DNA of 64,000 nucleotides from Clostridia bacterium (GCA_017520825.1 JAFXEX010000006.1:4011-68010), one strand, 5' to 3'. Positions 9,653 to 20,329 are shown, counted from the stretch's first letter. Notes: generated by a model not told the origin, from the letters alone. A program made the numbers and translations.

Positions 9653-10732
9653 TTATTGTTTGCTTTGATAAAATTCGTGATACCACACGGCAAACTTGCG
9701 AAGTCCCTCGCGCAATGAGGTTGACGGCTTGAAGCCGAAGTCACGCTCAAGCATTGAGGTGTCAGCATAGGTTACGGGCACGTCGCCGGCCTGCATGGGA
9801 ACGAGCTTTTTGTGCGCTTCAAAATCGTAATCGTCGGGAAGAACCTTTGCGCGTACCAGCTCTTCCTGAAGTATGGTTACAAAGTCCAGAAGATTTTCGG
9901 GACTGTTGTTTCCGATGTTATAAACTCTATAGGGAGGCACTGGCAGGCCGTCCTCACCCGTCTCTTTTTCGGGGGCACATTGCATAACACGCTTTACGCC
10001 CTCAACTATATCGTCAACGTAAGTGAAATCACGCTTACAGTTTCCGTAATTGAAAATTTCTATAGTATCACCCTTTATAAGCTTATTGGTGAATGAAAAA
10101 TAAGCCATATCGGGACGTCCTGCAGGACCGTAAACGGTGAAGAAGCGCAAGCCCGTTGACGCTATATTATAAAGCTTTGAGTAGGCGTGAGCCATCAACT
10201 CGTTGCTCTTCTTGGTCGCCGCATAAAGTGATACGGGGTTGTCCACCTTATCCTCTGTGCTGTAAGGTATCTTTTTGTTAGAGCCGTAAACCGACGAGCT
10301 TGATGCGTAAACGAGATGCTCTACCGGATAGTTACGGCAGGCTTCAAGAATATTGTAAAAGCCTATAAGGTTGCTTTCTATGTATACGTCGGGGTTAGTT
10401 ATGGAATATCTTACACCGGCCTGCGCCGCCAGATTTACTACCACCGAGAATTTATGCTTTTCAAACAGACCGTCTATTAAAGGCTTATCTGCAATATTTC
10501 CCTTTACAAAGGTCCATTTCGCCTGGGGATATTCCTTTAAAAGCGATTCGATTTCGGTAAGTCGGTATTCCTTTATGGAAACATCATAATAGTCGTTCAT
10601 ATTGTCAATTCCGACAATATTTATTGACTGCACCGTGCGAATAAGCTCCATAACCAGATTAGAGCCGATAAAGCCGGCAGCACCTGTGACAAGGACTGTC
10701 TTGTCCTTCAAATTGACGTTTTGTGTCAGCAT
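9653..10732 (-). CDS. NAD-dependent epimerase, UDP-glucuronate 4-epimerase-like
   Basis: VLVTGAAGFIGSNL, DNMNDYYD and YAATKKSNE (YxxxK) motifs. Adjacent to ugd. Confidence 0.75.
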   Translation of the reverse strand: MLTQNVNLKDKTVLVTGAAGFIGSNLVMELIRTVQSINIVGIDNMNDYYDVSIKEYRLTEIESLLKEYPQAKWTFVKGNIADKPLIDGLFEKHKFSVVVNLAAQAGVRYSITNPDVYIESNLIGFYNILEACRNYPVEHLVYASSSSVYGSNKKIPYSTEDKVDNPVSLYAATKKSNELMAHAYSKLYNIASTGLRFFTVYGPAGRPDMAYFSFTNKLIKGDTIEIFNYGNCKRDFTYVDDIVEGVKRVMQCAPEKETGEDGLPVPPYRVYNIGNNSPENLLDFVTILQEELVRAKVLPDDYDFEAHKKLVPMQAGDVPVTYADTSMLERDFGFKPSTSLREGLRKFAVWYHEFYQSKQ

Positions 10733-11460
10733 ATTCCCTTATACTCCTTTTTGACCGTTTCGTAGCTTTCAAGGTTTCCGATGTCGTATCTCTTGCCGGG
10801 CATCTCCATTGCGTGAACGGGTGCCTGAGTGCAAAGCCACGCTATATAGCTTCCGGGGGCGTCTGTTCCACAACCACTGTCAATACCCTTTTGCACAAGC
10901 CTTGCGTCATCCCTTGTATAATAATAGAAGGGTGGGCAACACCAATGGGATTTGGGCTCTGCAGGCTTTTCTTCCATACCGACGATAAGGTCTTTTTCAT
11001 CTATTTCAACTACGCCACTTTTTGTCAGCTTCTTTTCATTTTCCTCGTAATATCTCATAATACAAGAGGTTTTTTTAGCAGAAGCATATTCGATAAATTT
11101 GGTCAGGCTGAAATCAAGAACGTTGTCCCCTGCAATAACAAGCATTTCGTCGTCAAGGTTCAGCTTGTCAATGGCAAACTGAATATCCTTAACTGCGCCA
11201 AGACGGGTTTCGTTGGTGTCGGTTCCGTCGTCAACAACGGTGATTTTCTGAGTCTTGGCCTTTGCCCAATCCTCAAAATGATGGGCAAACTTGTGGTTGG
11301 AAATTACAACGTATTCGTCAACCTTTCCCGACGCGTCAATGTCGTCAACGAGCCAATCAAGTATGGTCTTATCCCCCACTGCCAGAAGGGGCTTGGGGAA
11401 ATTTTCCGTTATGGGATAAAGTCTCGTGGCATAGCCTGCCGCAAGTATTAAGCATTTCAT
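10726..11460 (-). CDS. sugar-1-phosphate nucleotidyltransferase
   Basis: MKCLILAAGYATRLYPITENFPKPLL is the canonical NTP-transferase N-terminus. Confidence 0.8.
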   Translation of the reverse strand: MKCLILAAGYATRLYPITENFPKPLLAVGDKTILDWLVDDIDASGKVDEYVVISNHKFAHHFEDWAKAKTQKITVVDDGTDTNETRLGAVKDIQFAIDKLNLDDEMLVIAGDNVLDFSLTKFIEYASAKKTSCIMRYYEENEKKLTKSGVVEIDEKDLIVGMEEKPAEPKSHWCCPPFYYYTRDDARLVQKGIDSGCGTDAPGSYIAWLCTQAPVHAMEMPGKRYDIGNLESYETVKKEYKGIC

Positions 11461-11473
11461 TTAATTTACCTCG

Positions 11474-12649
11474 TCAATTCAATCTCACGCCGTCTGCGCT
11501 TTCACAGATATGCGCCGAATATTTGCCCTTTAAATCAGGAAAGGCTTTCAAGTATTCGCTTTCTACCTTTTTCTTGATGCTTTCCTCAAACGCAGGGTCT
11601 ATAAGAGCCATACAACAGCCCTTAAAGCCTGCTCCCGAAAAGCGTCCTCCGTAAATGCCTTCGGTTTGCGTCATAATTTCATAGAGGGTTTTAAGCTCGG
11701 GAGAGCCCGTCTCCCAAGTGTATATAGACGACCTTCCACTCTCAAAGGAGAGTCTTCCGAATTCCTCTATATCGCCACGGCGCCACGCTTCTGCTCCTCT
11801 TTGTACACGGTCAAATTCCGAATACCAATGCTCGGCGCGCTTACGCCAATTTTCAGGAAGTCTGTCCTTGTACTCTTCGTAAACCTCAACGGGTACGTCA
11901 CGAAGATTGGTTTCTTCAAACTTTCCGTAGTCCATTCCACCGTAAGCCTTCAGGGCATATGCAGCGCTACGGCACTCGTCTACTCTCATATTAAAAGCCG
12001 AGCCTGCCAGAGTTCTTGCAACGCCCGAGAAGAATATAGCAATTTTATAGGGCTTCATATTGGGATTCTGTGGAATTAATTCATAGCTGTCGTCCAGCAT
12101 ATCCATATAAAGCAGATGGTCCTTTTTACAGTACACCTCGCAGGATTGGTCAAGCTTACCGCAGGAAACACCAACGTATTTGTTTTCTGCCTCTTTGGAA
12201 ATGGTAATCAGCTCTTTCGGGCTCAACGAAATCTCGTTCATGGTACACAAGGCAGACAAATAGGTAATAATTACTGCGGCAGAGGAGGAAAGCCCACCGA
12301 TAGGAAGCTCTCCGTCAACTACAGCGCAAAGTCCACGGCGAAGTGGATAACGCTTGTGCAAAGCAATGGTTGCGCCACGAAGATGGTCTGCCCAATCGTT
12401 TTCCTTAGTCTTGGGGGTGGCCTCAACATGCCACTGGGCACGCTTATCAAACTGTGCAGACTGAAGCTCGATTACACCGTTTTCCTTAGGACCGTATGCC
12501 ATATGAATTCCCTTGTTAATAGCAAAGCCCGTTATTTTACCAAGCTGATGGTCACTGTGAGCGCCGAGAGGACAAATACGGTATGGAGTAAAAGCAGTAT
12601 ACAAAGGCTTTTTGCCGTATATGCTTTCGAACATTTCTGTTGCGTTCAT
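11474..12649 (-). CDS. GHMP/galactokinase-family sugar-1-kinase
   Basis: 391 aa with a GalK-like N-terminal motif (YRICPLGAHSDHQLG) and GHMP motif PIGGLSSSAAV. Confidence 0.7.
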   Translation of the reverse strand: MNATEMFESIYGKKPLYTAFTPYRICPLGAHSDHQLGKITGFAINKGIHMAYGPKENGVIELQSAQFDKRAQWHVEATPKTKENDWADHLRGATIALHKRYPLRRGLCAVVDGELPIGGLSSSAAVIITYLSALCTMNEISLSPKELITISKEAENKYVGVSCGKLDQSCEVYCKKDHLLYMDMLDDSYELIPQNPNMKPYKIAIFFSGVARTLAGSAFNMRVDECRSAAYALKAYGGMDYGKFEETNLRDVPVEVYEEYKDRLPENWRKRAEHWYSEFDRVQRGAEAWRRGDIEEFGRLSFESGRSSIYTWETGSPELKTLYEIMTQTEGIYGGRFSGAGFKGCCMALIDPAFEESIKKKVESEYLKAFPDLKGKYSAHICESADGVRLN

Positions 12650-12824
12650 AGAGTTTTACCTCCTGTAAGTATCTTAGGAAAGCCTTACTCAATCCAAATA
12701 CTTGAGTAAATATTCTCTTTTGTTTTTTCTATATTCTTCTTTTGTGTTTTTGATTCTGAACAATTACCCTTCAAGTAAAAATCACTTGCTTTAATAGACG
12801 CTTACCATAATCCAATTTTAAAAT

Positions 12825-14336
12825 CTATTTTTTTATTTTTTTTACAATCAAACCTCTAACGTTCTTGTCCACCAATAAAGTAGCAAATGCATAAATTATA
12901 ATCGAAAGTGGCGTGCAAACAATCCCATAAATAATAAAAGCAAAATAGTTTGAAATCTCACTTATAAGACTATCTTTGAAAACCTTACACAAAAAAACAA
13001 CAATAGCAAAAATACTCAAATACACGAGCATTTTTTTATAGGTGCAAAAAGGAGACCGTTTTAATATCTTCTTATTTGAATAAATAATAATATCGTTTGA
13101 CCGATAAAGAAGCGCTACAATAGTTCCAAGTAATACGCCATAGATACCAATTAAATTCACTAACACAATCGAAACAACAAGATTGATACACGCTTCAATA
13201 ATACTGCGAACCTGCGTCGCTTTGGCATGACCACTAATTGTTATTAACCGAGATGCAACAGCCCTTGAGCAAGATAAAAGCTGAATAGCAACAAATAAGA
13301 TTGGTAAAAGCTCATCAACGTATTGAATATCCACAACGCTCGAAGTATACAAGCTTACAAAAGGAAGTATTAGGATATACGCTACCGTAAAAATGGCAAA
13401 CACACTCATCATATAAATGCTTTCATAAGCATCGTGCACAATTTCATATTTTTGTGGGTCATTTTTAGCATATACATGACCTAAAATATAATTCAATCCA
13501 TTATTAACTGAATTAATCAAGCTTGACAGAGAAGTAAAAACCATATTATAAACAGTATACACACTTGCAACTTTCAAGCTACAAAAAGTTGACAGAACAA
13601 GGGCGTCTGTACTTGAAAATATGGTGGAGGAAACTTCATGAACAACAAAAGCTTTTCGCTCTGCAAGTGCTGCCATATTGGGATCTGATACTTTTTTTAA
13701 ATATCCATATCTTTTGCGCATAACACAGATAAACATAATTATTTGAATGCATGTTATTACAAAGTTTAACACCTGCAAAAACACGATATCTACGCCAAAA
13801 GACATTAAAATAATCTTTGATGTAGAAGATAATATATATATAATTAAATGAATCGTTGAAATTATATAATACTTCCCATCTGCAATCAAAAGCTGTCTAT
13901 ATGCCGCAGAAAAATAAAAGGTTACAACACCGGACATTCCCTGAAAAAAGATTACCCAAAATATCGTTCCGTAGCCAAGTTCAGAAGCAACAACAAGTGG
14001 ATAGCTAAAAGATATCACTATAACGCAAATTGCATATATAAGCGTTACCTTTCGAAAATATTTTTGGGTTGCACTAAATACATCACATATTCCGTCTTTG
14101 TCCTGCTCTACTATCGGCTTATAAAAAGCATTAATGGCGGCGTTACCAATTCCTGCCTCCAAAAGAGCGACATAAGTAAATATCTGTGTAACTGTTGTCA
14201 ATAGACCGTTTGCCTCAGACCCGTAATTAACCAAAACAAGTCTGGGTATGACCAAGCCAAGCGCCAATATAACAAATTGATTAAAAAAGCCTAAAAACGC
14301 ATTTATTCGCGCATTACGTCCTCTGTTTTCTGCCAA
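12825..14336 (-). CDS. wzx: polysaccharide flippase (MOP/Wzx family)
   Basis: 503 aa and polytopic, with a typical N-terminus (NAFLGFFNQFVILALGLVIPRLVL..YGSEANG). Confidence 0.75.
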   Translation of the reverse strand: MAENRGRNARINAFLGFFNQFVILALGLVIPRLVLVNYGSEANGLLTTVTQIFTYVALLEAGIGNAAINAFYKPIVEQDKDGICDVFSATQKYFRKVTLIYAICVIVISFSYPLVVASELGYGTIFWVIFFQGMSGVVTFYFSAAYRQLLIADGKYYIISTIHLIIYILSSTSKIILMSFGVDIVFLQVLNFVITCIQIIMFICVMRKRYGYLKKVSDPNMAALAERKAFVVHEVSSTIFSSTDALVLSTFCSLKVASVYTVYNMVFTSLSSLINSVNNGLNYILGHVYAKNDPQKYEIVHDAYESIYMMSVFAIFTVAYILILPFVSLYTSSVVDIQYVDELLPILFVAIQLLSCSRAVASRLITISGHAKATQVRSIIEACINLVVSIVLVNLIGIYGVLLGTIVALLYRSNDIIIYSNKKILKRSPFCTYKKMLVYLSIFAIVVFLCKVFKDSLISEISNYFAFIIYGIVCTPLSIIIYAFATLLVDKNVRGLIVKKIKK

Positions 14337-15369
14337 TTTTTATCTTCTCCTTAATTGCGTTTTTGAGCTTGCTGATATTATGCAATATCAAAAGTGTTCT
14401 GAAATGCCCTTTTGAAAATTCACGAAGCCAAATACTTGATTTGTCAGAAATCTTTCCCATACAATACTCACAAACAAACGGATGCTCGTATACATGTTTT
14501 AGATTATTTAATGTTTCCTTACGAGAAGGGCTTTCGAGAAGAATATGTATAACATCCCATTGAACAACTAAAAGACTTTTGTCAATATATTTGTCAAAAT
14601 CATCGTAATTCCAAATATTAAGTTCTTCAATCATCTTAATAGCATAATACCTGGATGATAACTCGTCTGTGAATCGTTTTAACTTAAAGGTTTGAGTCAT
14701 ACTGTCAGGATTAATTCGATATCTGTATAAAAGGTCAGGAATAATCAGCGTGCGTGGATTGCGTTTATATATCTCAAGGCTTTGTAAAAAATCCTCACCC
14801 ATCTGAATACCTTTAATGTGGTCTCCTATCTCGCAAAAAAGCATGTCCGTCTTAACTGCTTTGCGACAAAGCGAGTTATAACAGTGCTCTAGTATAGCTT
14901 CACAAAAAAGCTCCCTCATATCATCGATCAGCATTTCTTCCGTTTTTTCTTCAAGAGTTGTATAACAAATGCTTTCTTGATTGAATTTTTCGTATCCATA
15001 AATCAGCATATCACAACCGGACAACAAAATCTTTTTGTTTATAGTGCTTAAAGCACCCTGTTTAAGCTCGTCGTCTGAATCAATAAAAATGCTGTACGTA
15101 TCTTCATACTTACACTTTTGACGAACAAAGTCAATAGCTGCTAACCGTGCAGAAATCTGACCACCATTTTTTTGGTGAATGACGTGAACACGTTCGTTTT
15201 CCATAGCGTATCGATCACATATTTCACCTGAGGAATCTTTTGACCCGTCATTGACAAGGATTACCTCATACTCAGAATAATTCTGTGAGAGAATAGAGTT
15301 GAGGCAAGCATCCAGATATCGTTCTACGTTATAGACCGGTATCATTATATAAAACTTGATTTCTTTCAT
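14314..15369 (-). CDS. glycosyltransferase family 2
   Basis: IMIPVYNVERYLDACLNSILSQNYSEYEVILVNDGSKD and a DSDD motif. Confidence 0.85.
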   Translation of the reverse strand: MKEIKFYIMIPVYNVERYLDACLNSILSQNYSEYEVILVNDGSKDSSGEICDRYAMENERVHVIHQKNGGQISARLAAIDFVRQKCKYEDTYSIFIDSDDELKQGALSTINKKILLSGCDMLIYGYEKFNQESICYTTLEEKTEEMLIDDMRELFCEAILEHCYNSLCRKAVKTDMLFCEIGDHIKGIQMGEDFLQSLEIYKRNPRTLIIPDLLYRYRINPDSMTQTFKLKRFTDELSSRYYAIKMIEELNIWNYDDFDKYIDKSLLVVQWDVIHILLESPSRKETLNNLKHVYEHPFVCEYCMGKISDKSSIWLREFSKGHFRTLLILHNISKLKNAIKEKIKIGRKQRT

Positions 15370-15386
15370 AATGTTTGCTCCTTCGC

Positions 15387-16517
15387 TTATTCTCTGACTC
15401 CATATGCATTCATCAATCGTTCTATCACCGTATGAATATCATATTCAAATAAGCCGTTATACTCTATACTTTTTTTCTCATATGACAAGATATGTTCCGC
15501 CCATTTCTCTGCCCCCATACCAAGTGAAAGATAAGTCATAAGATTCGAACAATCAATGGCTTTTGTCACAGTATCCGAAACAAAACAAGGTAACCCTGCC
15601 GCCTGTGCTTCAATAAGTGTCAATGGTAATCCCTCCCAAAGCGACGGAAAAAGAAAAACATCAAATGCCGAAAGCAAATTAGAAATATCCAAACGATTTC
15701 CAAGAAAGGAAACATTATCCTCCAAAGACAAGGCTTTAACTTTTTCTTCTATTCTCTTCCTGAGATCTCCATCACCAACCAATACAAGGTGGGATTTCTC
15801 GCACTTCTTATGAAACGCCGAAAAAGCATCAACAAGAAATTCGTGGTTCTTTGGCTCGAAAAACCTGCCTACATGTCCTATCACCACGGTATCATCGTCA
15901 ACATTCAATTCTTTACGATAAGCTAAACGCTTTTCAGCATCAGGAGAAAAAGCAGCTATGTCCACAGCATTATGGAGCACCTCAATTTTTATGTTTTCTC
16001 CAAAATAATTTCTTATTTTAGAGACTGAATCGGAATGAAGCGCAAAAAATGTAATATCGTTATGAGATAGAAGCTTTTTTACAGACTTAACCTCTTTTGA
16101 ATTCTTATCTCCACTCCAATATTTATCAGGGTCACTGTGTACTGTATAAAAAAGTTTGGCAGCTGTTAGCTCACGTAGAGCAGGAACAATCATTTGACCA
16201 ACGTTCAAGTGACAATGTACTACATTGGGCTTTGCTTTCTTGAAAAAAAATCTAACAGCTGTGCGCCAACGAAAGGCAGTAATTATATGCCCTATCTTTC
16301 CCGGGATTCTGCTTTTTTTATATAATTCACCCAAAAAAGTAATCTTGACACCTGCATCCAGCAAAATTTGTTCAAACGGATACCCACAACGATCTCCTAC
16401 AACAAACGCCTCATGATTGCATTCTTTGTTACCAAAAGCAAGAAGATAATTTTTTACTAATGCCTCAGCACCACCCATGCGAAACGAGGGAATGACCTGT
16501 ATTACCTTGGGTTTCAT
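15387..16517 (-). CDS. glycosyltransferase family 4 (GT-B)
   Basis: SFRMGGAEA N-terminus and C-terminal FLFPSLWEGLPLTLIEAQAAGLP (EX7E). Confidence 0.85.
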   Translation of the reverse strand: MKPKVIQVIPSFRMGGAEALVKNYLLAFGNKECNHEAFVVGDRCGYPFEQILLDAGVKITFLGELYKKSRIPGKIGHIITAFRWRTAVRFFFKKAKPNVVHCHLNVGQMIVPALRELTAAKLFYTVHSDPDKYWSGDKNSKEVKSVKKLLSHNDITFFALHSDSVSKIRNYFGENIKIEVLHNAVDIAAFSPDAEKRLAYRKELNVDDDTVVIGHVGRFFEPKNHEFLVDAFSAFHKKCEKSHLVLVGDGDLRKRIEEKVKALSLEDNVSFLGNRLDISNLLSAFDVFLFPSLWEGLPLTLIEAQAAGLPCFVSDTVTKAIDCSNLMTYLSLGMGAEKWAEHILSYEKKSIEYNGLFEYDIHTVIERLMNAYGVRE

Positions 16518-17818
16518 CGCGTAGCCTCCGTATCAGGTATTTTCATACATAATATTGCAACAGCATAGGGTAACATCAAGTTATTCGGATTTAAAAATTG
16601 GATGGTCTGGGTAAACAGAACCACAGCCAATACCGGTAAAATTTTAGCTATTTTAAACCTGTTGTTCTTAAAAAAATCTAAAATGGGATTGACCAAAATG
16701 CCAACCATAGGTATGAATCCTAGCGCCCCATATGATACAAAAATCTGTTGTAATCCGTTGTGCATGGAATGGCTAAGCTTACATACGTTTTTATAAAATA
16801 CGGCTCCAGTGCCAAAAATCAATCGCATCGGATTATCCCATAAAAATTTCATATAGTCAAAAAATATATCTACTCTTCCTGCGCCTGTTACAAGGTTGTC
16901 GTCCTCAAAGCGTGTTGTAAACGCATCAAATATCTGGGTTCGTTGTTGCAAATATGGTATAAATATCGCTAACGCTATAATAACCACTGCCAAAAACGTT
17001 AATTTTTGTTTTGACTTAAAGGTAGTCAGATAATTAAGGATTAAAAAAGCAATTAAAACTATAACAAACGTTCTAGATACTGTGAAAAGAGCAACAAAAG
17101 TGAAAAACATTATCGCCGCAATCAACAAGGCTTTGCCATAGGATTTCATTTTTTCCATTATATTCAAAGCAATAACAATTGCAACTAATGCATAATAAGC
17201 CATTGCGTTTGCATTTTCGGTTACAACTGCAATACGTCCTACATGCTCTGTTCCCTCATATTCTCCAATTCTTACGGCTCCCTCCAGAACTGCCTCCAAA
17301 GAATAATTTTGAATTGCTGTTGTAAAAACACAAGCCAACAACACAAATGTACCACAAATATAAGAAACACAAGCTACCTTGGGATCAACCTCTTCTGTGT
17401 TCATTATGTAAAGTAATAAAAAAACCGTCACTGCATAAACTATGACATAGTTAAATTGGCTCGCTTCCACCAACATCATCATAATCAACTCATACATTAT
17501 TATTACAAGTAACGGAAGGAACACCTTTACTTTGAATTTTTTTGATTTAAATAATATCATTAAAGCCGCATAGCCATATATGTATACTCCTGTAATTCCA
17601 GAATGTAAAGGAATTAAAAAGCATATTGCACAAACAATAGACGAAATCGGCATAAAAGTAAATGACGCCAAACAGATTATATCCGTAATCTTACTTGTGT
17701 TTATAGTCATTACATTTCCAGCATAAATAACAATGCCAAAAAGCGCAATAGTAGCTATCAATAACCACGACTTATTAACAAGTGGCTTTTTTTGTATGTT
17801 CATTATTTCCTCTCCCAA
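16514..17818 (-). CDS. wzy: O-antigen-ligase-like polysaccharide polymerase
   Basis: 434 aa with about 10-12 TM segments. Sits in a Wzx-containing locus between glycosyltransferases. Confidence 0.6.
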   Translation of the reverse strand: MGEEIMNIQKKPLVNKSWLLIATIALFGIVIYAGNVMTINTSKITDIICLASFTFMPISSIVCAICFLIPLHSGITGVYIYGYAALMILFKSKKFKVKVFLPLLVIIMYELIMMMLVEASQFNYVIVYAVTVFLLLYIMNTEEVDPKVACVSYICGTFVLLACVFTTAIQNYSLEAVLEGAVRIGEYEGTEHVGRIAVVTENANAMAYYALVAIVIALNIMEKMKSYGKALLIAAIMFFTFVALFTVSRTFVIVLIAFLILNYLTTFKSKQKLTFLAVVIIALAIFIPYLQQRTQIFDAFTTRFEDDNLVTGAGRVDIFFDYMKFLWDNPMRLIFGTGAVFYKNVCKLSHSMHNGLQQIFVSYGALGFIPMVGILVNPILDFFKNNRFKIAKILPVLAVVLFTQTIQFLNPNNLMLPYAVAILCMKIPDTEATR

Positions 17819-18888
17819 GCACTGTTAATATATTTTTCCCACGCATCTATTATCACCTGTAATTCAGCACGATTTCTGATTTTCAATGCTTCTTTTCCTA
17901 CAATAAGTGACTCGTCGTAATCACAAAGCATACTGTCCATACGTTCGGCTAACGCCACTGCGTCACCACAAGGTACCAAATAGCCATTCACTTTATCTTC
18001 AATCAGTTCCTCTGCACCGCCCGGCGAACATCGTGTGGACACACACGGAAGACCGAGTGCCATAGCTTCAAGAAGTGCATTTGGAAGTCCTTCAAAATCA
18101 GAGGTCAATACAAATAACGACGCATTGTTAATATCCTCGAATATCGTGGAGCTGGTACCCATAAATCTAACTCGATCCGTTAGACTGTGTGACTCAACCA
18201 AAGCCTTCAACTCTTCTAAAAGATTACCCTTGCCATACAACTCAAGAGTGTAATCGGGATGTCGATCAGCAATCATAGCGAAAGCATCAATCAAAACGTC
18301 AGTGCGTTTCTGCTCCTGAAGACGCCCAACGCTTACAATAACCTTACGGCGCTCCCCTTCGTAATAGTCTGGCATACGACTAACATCCAAGGGGTTCAAA
18401 ATTACTACTGAATTCTTTCGTATCTTTTTAGGATACAAATTCTTGGCACCTTCAGTTTGAAAAACGACATATTTGACATTTTTGAGAATTAATTTTTGAA
18501 GTAGCTTGTAACTGATTTTTGTCAAATAACGTCTCGGGTCATTCCGCTCTGAGAAAATAAGTGGCAACTTCATCTTTTTACACACGATTGAAACAAGCGC
18601 GCAAACCGAATTTGCAAAGCACAATGCAATTTCAGTGTCAGTTTGTCTCAAAAATTTTTCAATGTTGCTTAAAGTGCTTTTAACTCCTTTAAGAGAGTGC
18701 ATTCGATACGACTGTATATGTTCTACCTTTACTCGTGAATCCAAGGTATAAGCCACACTCTGTGGCACAGCATTGATAATGCCAATTGTTACCCTATGTC
18801 CTTTTTCGGTAAGCCCCTTTGAGAGAATGGATATCACTCTCTCTGCGCCGCCAAATCCCATGTTTGGAACAACAAAAGAAATATTCAA
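17803..18888 (-). CDS. glycosyltransferase family 4
   Basis: GFGGAERV N-terminus and FVLTSDFEGLPNALLEAMALGLP. Confidence 0.85.
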   Translation of the reverse strand: MNISFVVPNMGFGGAERVISILSKGLTEKGHRVTIGIINAVPQSVAYTLDSRVKVEHIQSYRMHSLKGVKSTLSNIEKFLRQTDTEIALCFANSVCALVSIVCKKMKLPLIFSERNDPRRYLTKISYKLLQKLILKNVKYVVFQTEGAKNLYPKKIRKNSVVILNPLDVSRMPDYYEGERRKVIVSVGRLQEQKRTDVLIDAFAMIADRHPDYTLELYGKGNLLEELKALVESHSLTDRVRFMGTSSTIFEDINNASLFVLTSDFEGLPNALLEAMALGLPCVSTRCSPGGAEELIEDKVNGYLVPCGDAVALAERMDSMLCDYDESLIVGKEALKIRNRAELQVIIDAWEKYINSAWERK

Positions 18889-19088
18889 AGTCCACCTCCG
18901 ACCATAAATAAACCGATTTTAAAAAAAGTCATAACATCAAATCCTATGCGCGTCTCACTTAGCACTTTAAACATTTGTGCCTTTTCTTCACTTTTTTGGG
19001 AGTAATGTACATCGATATCTCTTGTCCATATGACACAATTCTCACCAACCTTAACGCCATGTTGTCTCAATTCATCAGGGGTATACAC
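18885..19088 (-). pseudogene. possible remnant of a hexapeptide-type O-acetyltransferase
   Basis: The 67-aa ORF begins YTPDELRQHGVKVGENCVI, like the N-terminus of sugar O-acetyltransferases, and then degenerates. An upstream ATG (MKKIL*) is out of frame across an A5 run. Confidence 0.3.
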
Positions 19089-19155
19089 GCCACCCCTACA
19101 AAAAATCTCTTTATTTTTTAAAGTATCTTTTTCATATTTCCCTCAACGCATTTAC

Positions 19156-20328
19156 TTATTTACCAATAAGAACCTCGATTTTCTCCACGCTACCACTGTT
19201 AGTGTAATCGTAACGGTCAAGATTTTGCTTATATGATTTCAAATCTTCCCTATTAGAAAGTAGGTTTTCAAAGCCGTTTCTGAGCCCTTCCTCGCTATTT
19301 TCACAAATCATTCCAAATGCTTCAGGAACCATTTCGCTGGCAGAAATAGTATTCGAAGTAAATATTGGTGTTTTACAAATCATTGCTTCACCATATACCA
19401 TAGGTGCAGCTTCAGACGAAGACGGTAAAATGTATAAATCACACTGATTCATATATGGATAAGGATTATCCAAGGAACCCAGCAATATAATTTGCTCATC
19501 AAGTCCATTATCTGCAATCAGGTGCTCACACTCGGCTCTGTCACTGCCATCACCGGCAATATACCAAACTACGTCCGGGTTTTTACGCAATACGGGTGCA
19601 AAAGCTCTGATTGCACGTGGTATTGCTTTTTGCGCCGTCAAGCGACTTGCACTAAAACAATTAAATTTGTTCTTATCAAATTTAACCTGTGGCTCACTGC
19701 CCGAAAGCGTTTTAATTCTTTCAATATCATGAAAATTATAACAATAATCAATCTTGTCAGCAAGAACAGGATGTACTGAAGCGAAATTCTTAGCAGTAGA
19801 ATGAGAAACACAAACCAGCTTATCCATTTTCTTCATATACTTGATATTTTTTTTGTCATCAAAAGATACAGTACCCGGCACATAGTGAATCCATCCTATT
19901 TTAACGGGTGCGTCTGTTTTCTTACTCACAAACCTATAGAATCCCGAAACAGTTGCACGTGGAGAATCCTCTTGATGGAACGCAATGGCAACATCGTACC
20001 CTTTCAATTTCTTTTGAAATAGCAACGCAAACCAGATTGAAAAACGATTCGTAAATATACGATCAAAAATGCCCGTCAGTATTCTCATACCGTATGTAAA
20101 TATGCCTTTTTTCTTGGCATCTGCCGCCATCATACCATGAAGTCGCATAAAGAAGCACGGCTCTATAACATTTACATCTTCAGGAAAACGGTTTTTAAGC
20201 ATTCCTCCGTTGTGAAACATCAAAACATCAATCGAGTGCTTGTTTTTTAACTCCTTCACCATATTGATAAGTGATGTTTGAATACCGCCCACAGCGAAAG
20301 ATTTATCTACAATTAATATCTTTGCCAT
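19156..20328 (-). CDS. glycosyltransferase family 4
   Basis: 390 aa; FAVGGIQTS N-terminus and LPSSSEAAPMVYGEAMICKTP. Confidence 0.8.
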   Translation of the reverse strand: MAKILIVDKSFAVGGIQTSLINMVKELKNKHSIDVLMFHNGGMLKNRFPEDVNVIEPCFFMRLHGMMAADAKKKGIFTYGMRILTGIFDRIFTNRFSIWFALLFQKKLKGYDVAIAFHQEDSPRATVSGFYRFVSKKTDAPVKIGWIHYVPGTVSFDDKKNIKYMKKMDKLVCVSHSTAKNFASVHPVLADKIDYCYNFHDIERIKTLSGSEPQVKFDKNKFNCFSASRLTAQKAIPRAIRAFAPVLRKNPDVVWYIAGDGSDRAECEHLIADNGLDEQIILLGSLDNPYPYMNQCDLYILPSSSEAAPMVYGEAMICKTPIFTSNTISASEMVPEAFGMICENSEEGLRNGFENLLSNREDLKSYKQNLDRYDYTNSGSVEKIEVLIGK

Positions 20329-20329
20329 A

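Noticed and set aside
10723-11451. 242-aa plus-strand ORF, and similar long antisense ORFs at 8820-9323, 12116-12709, 24160-24732, 28113-28778, 29211-29789, 31634-32203, 52592-53053, 56928-57533 and 58312-58815
   Set aside because: Each lies entirely inside a well-supported gene on the opposite strand. They have low-complexity or odd composition, no RBS and no recognisable motifs, so they are shadow ORFs.
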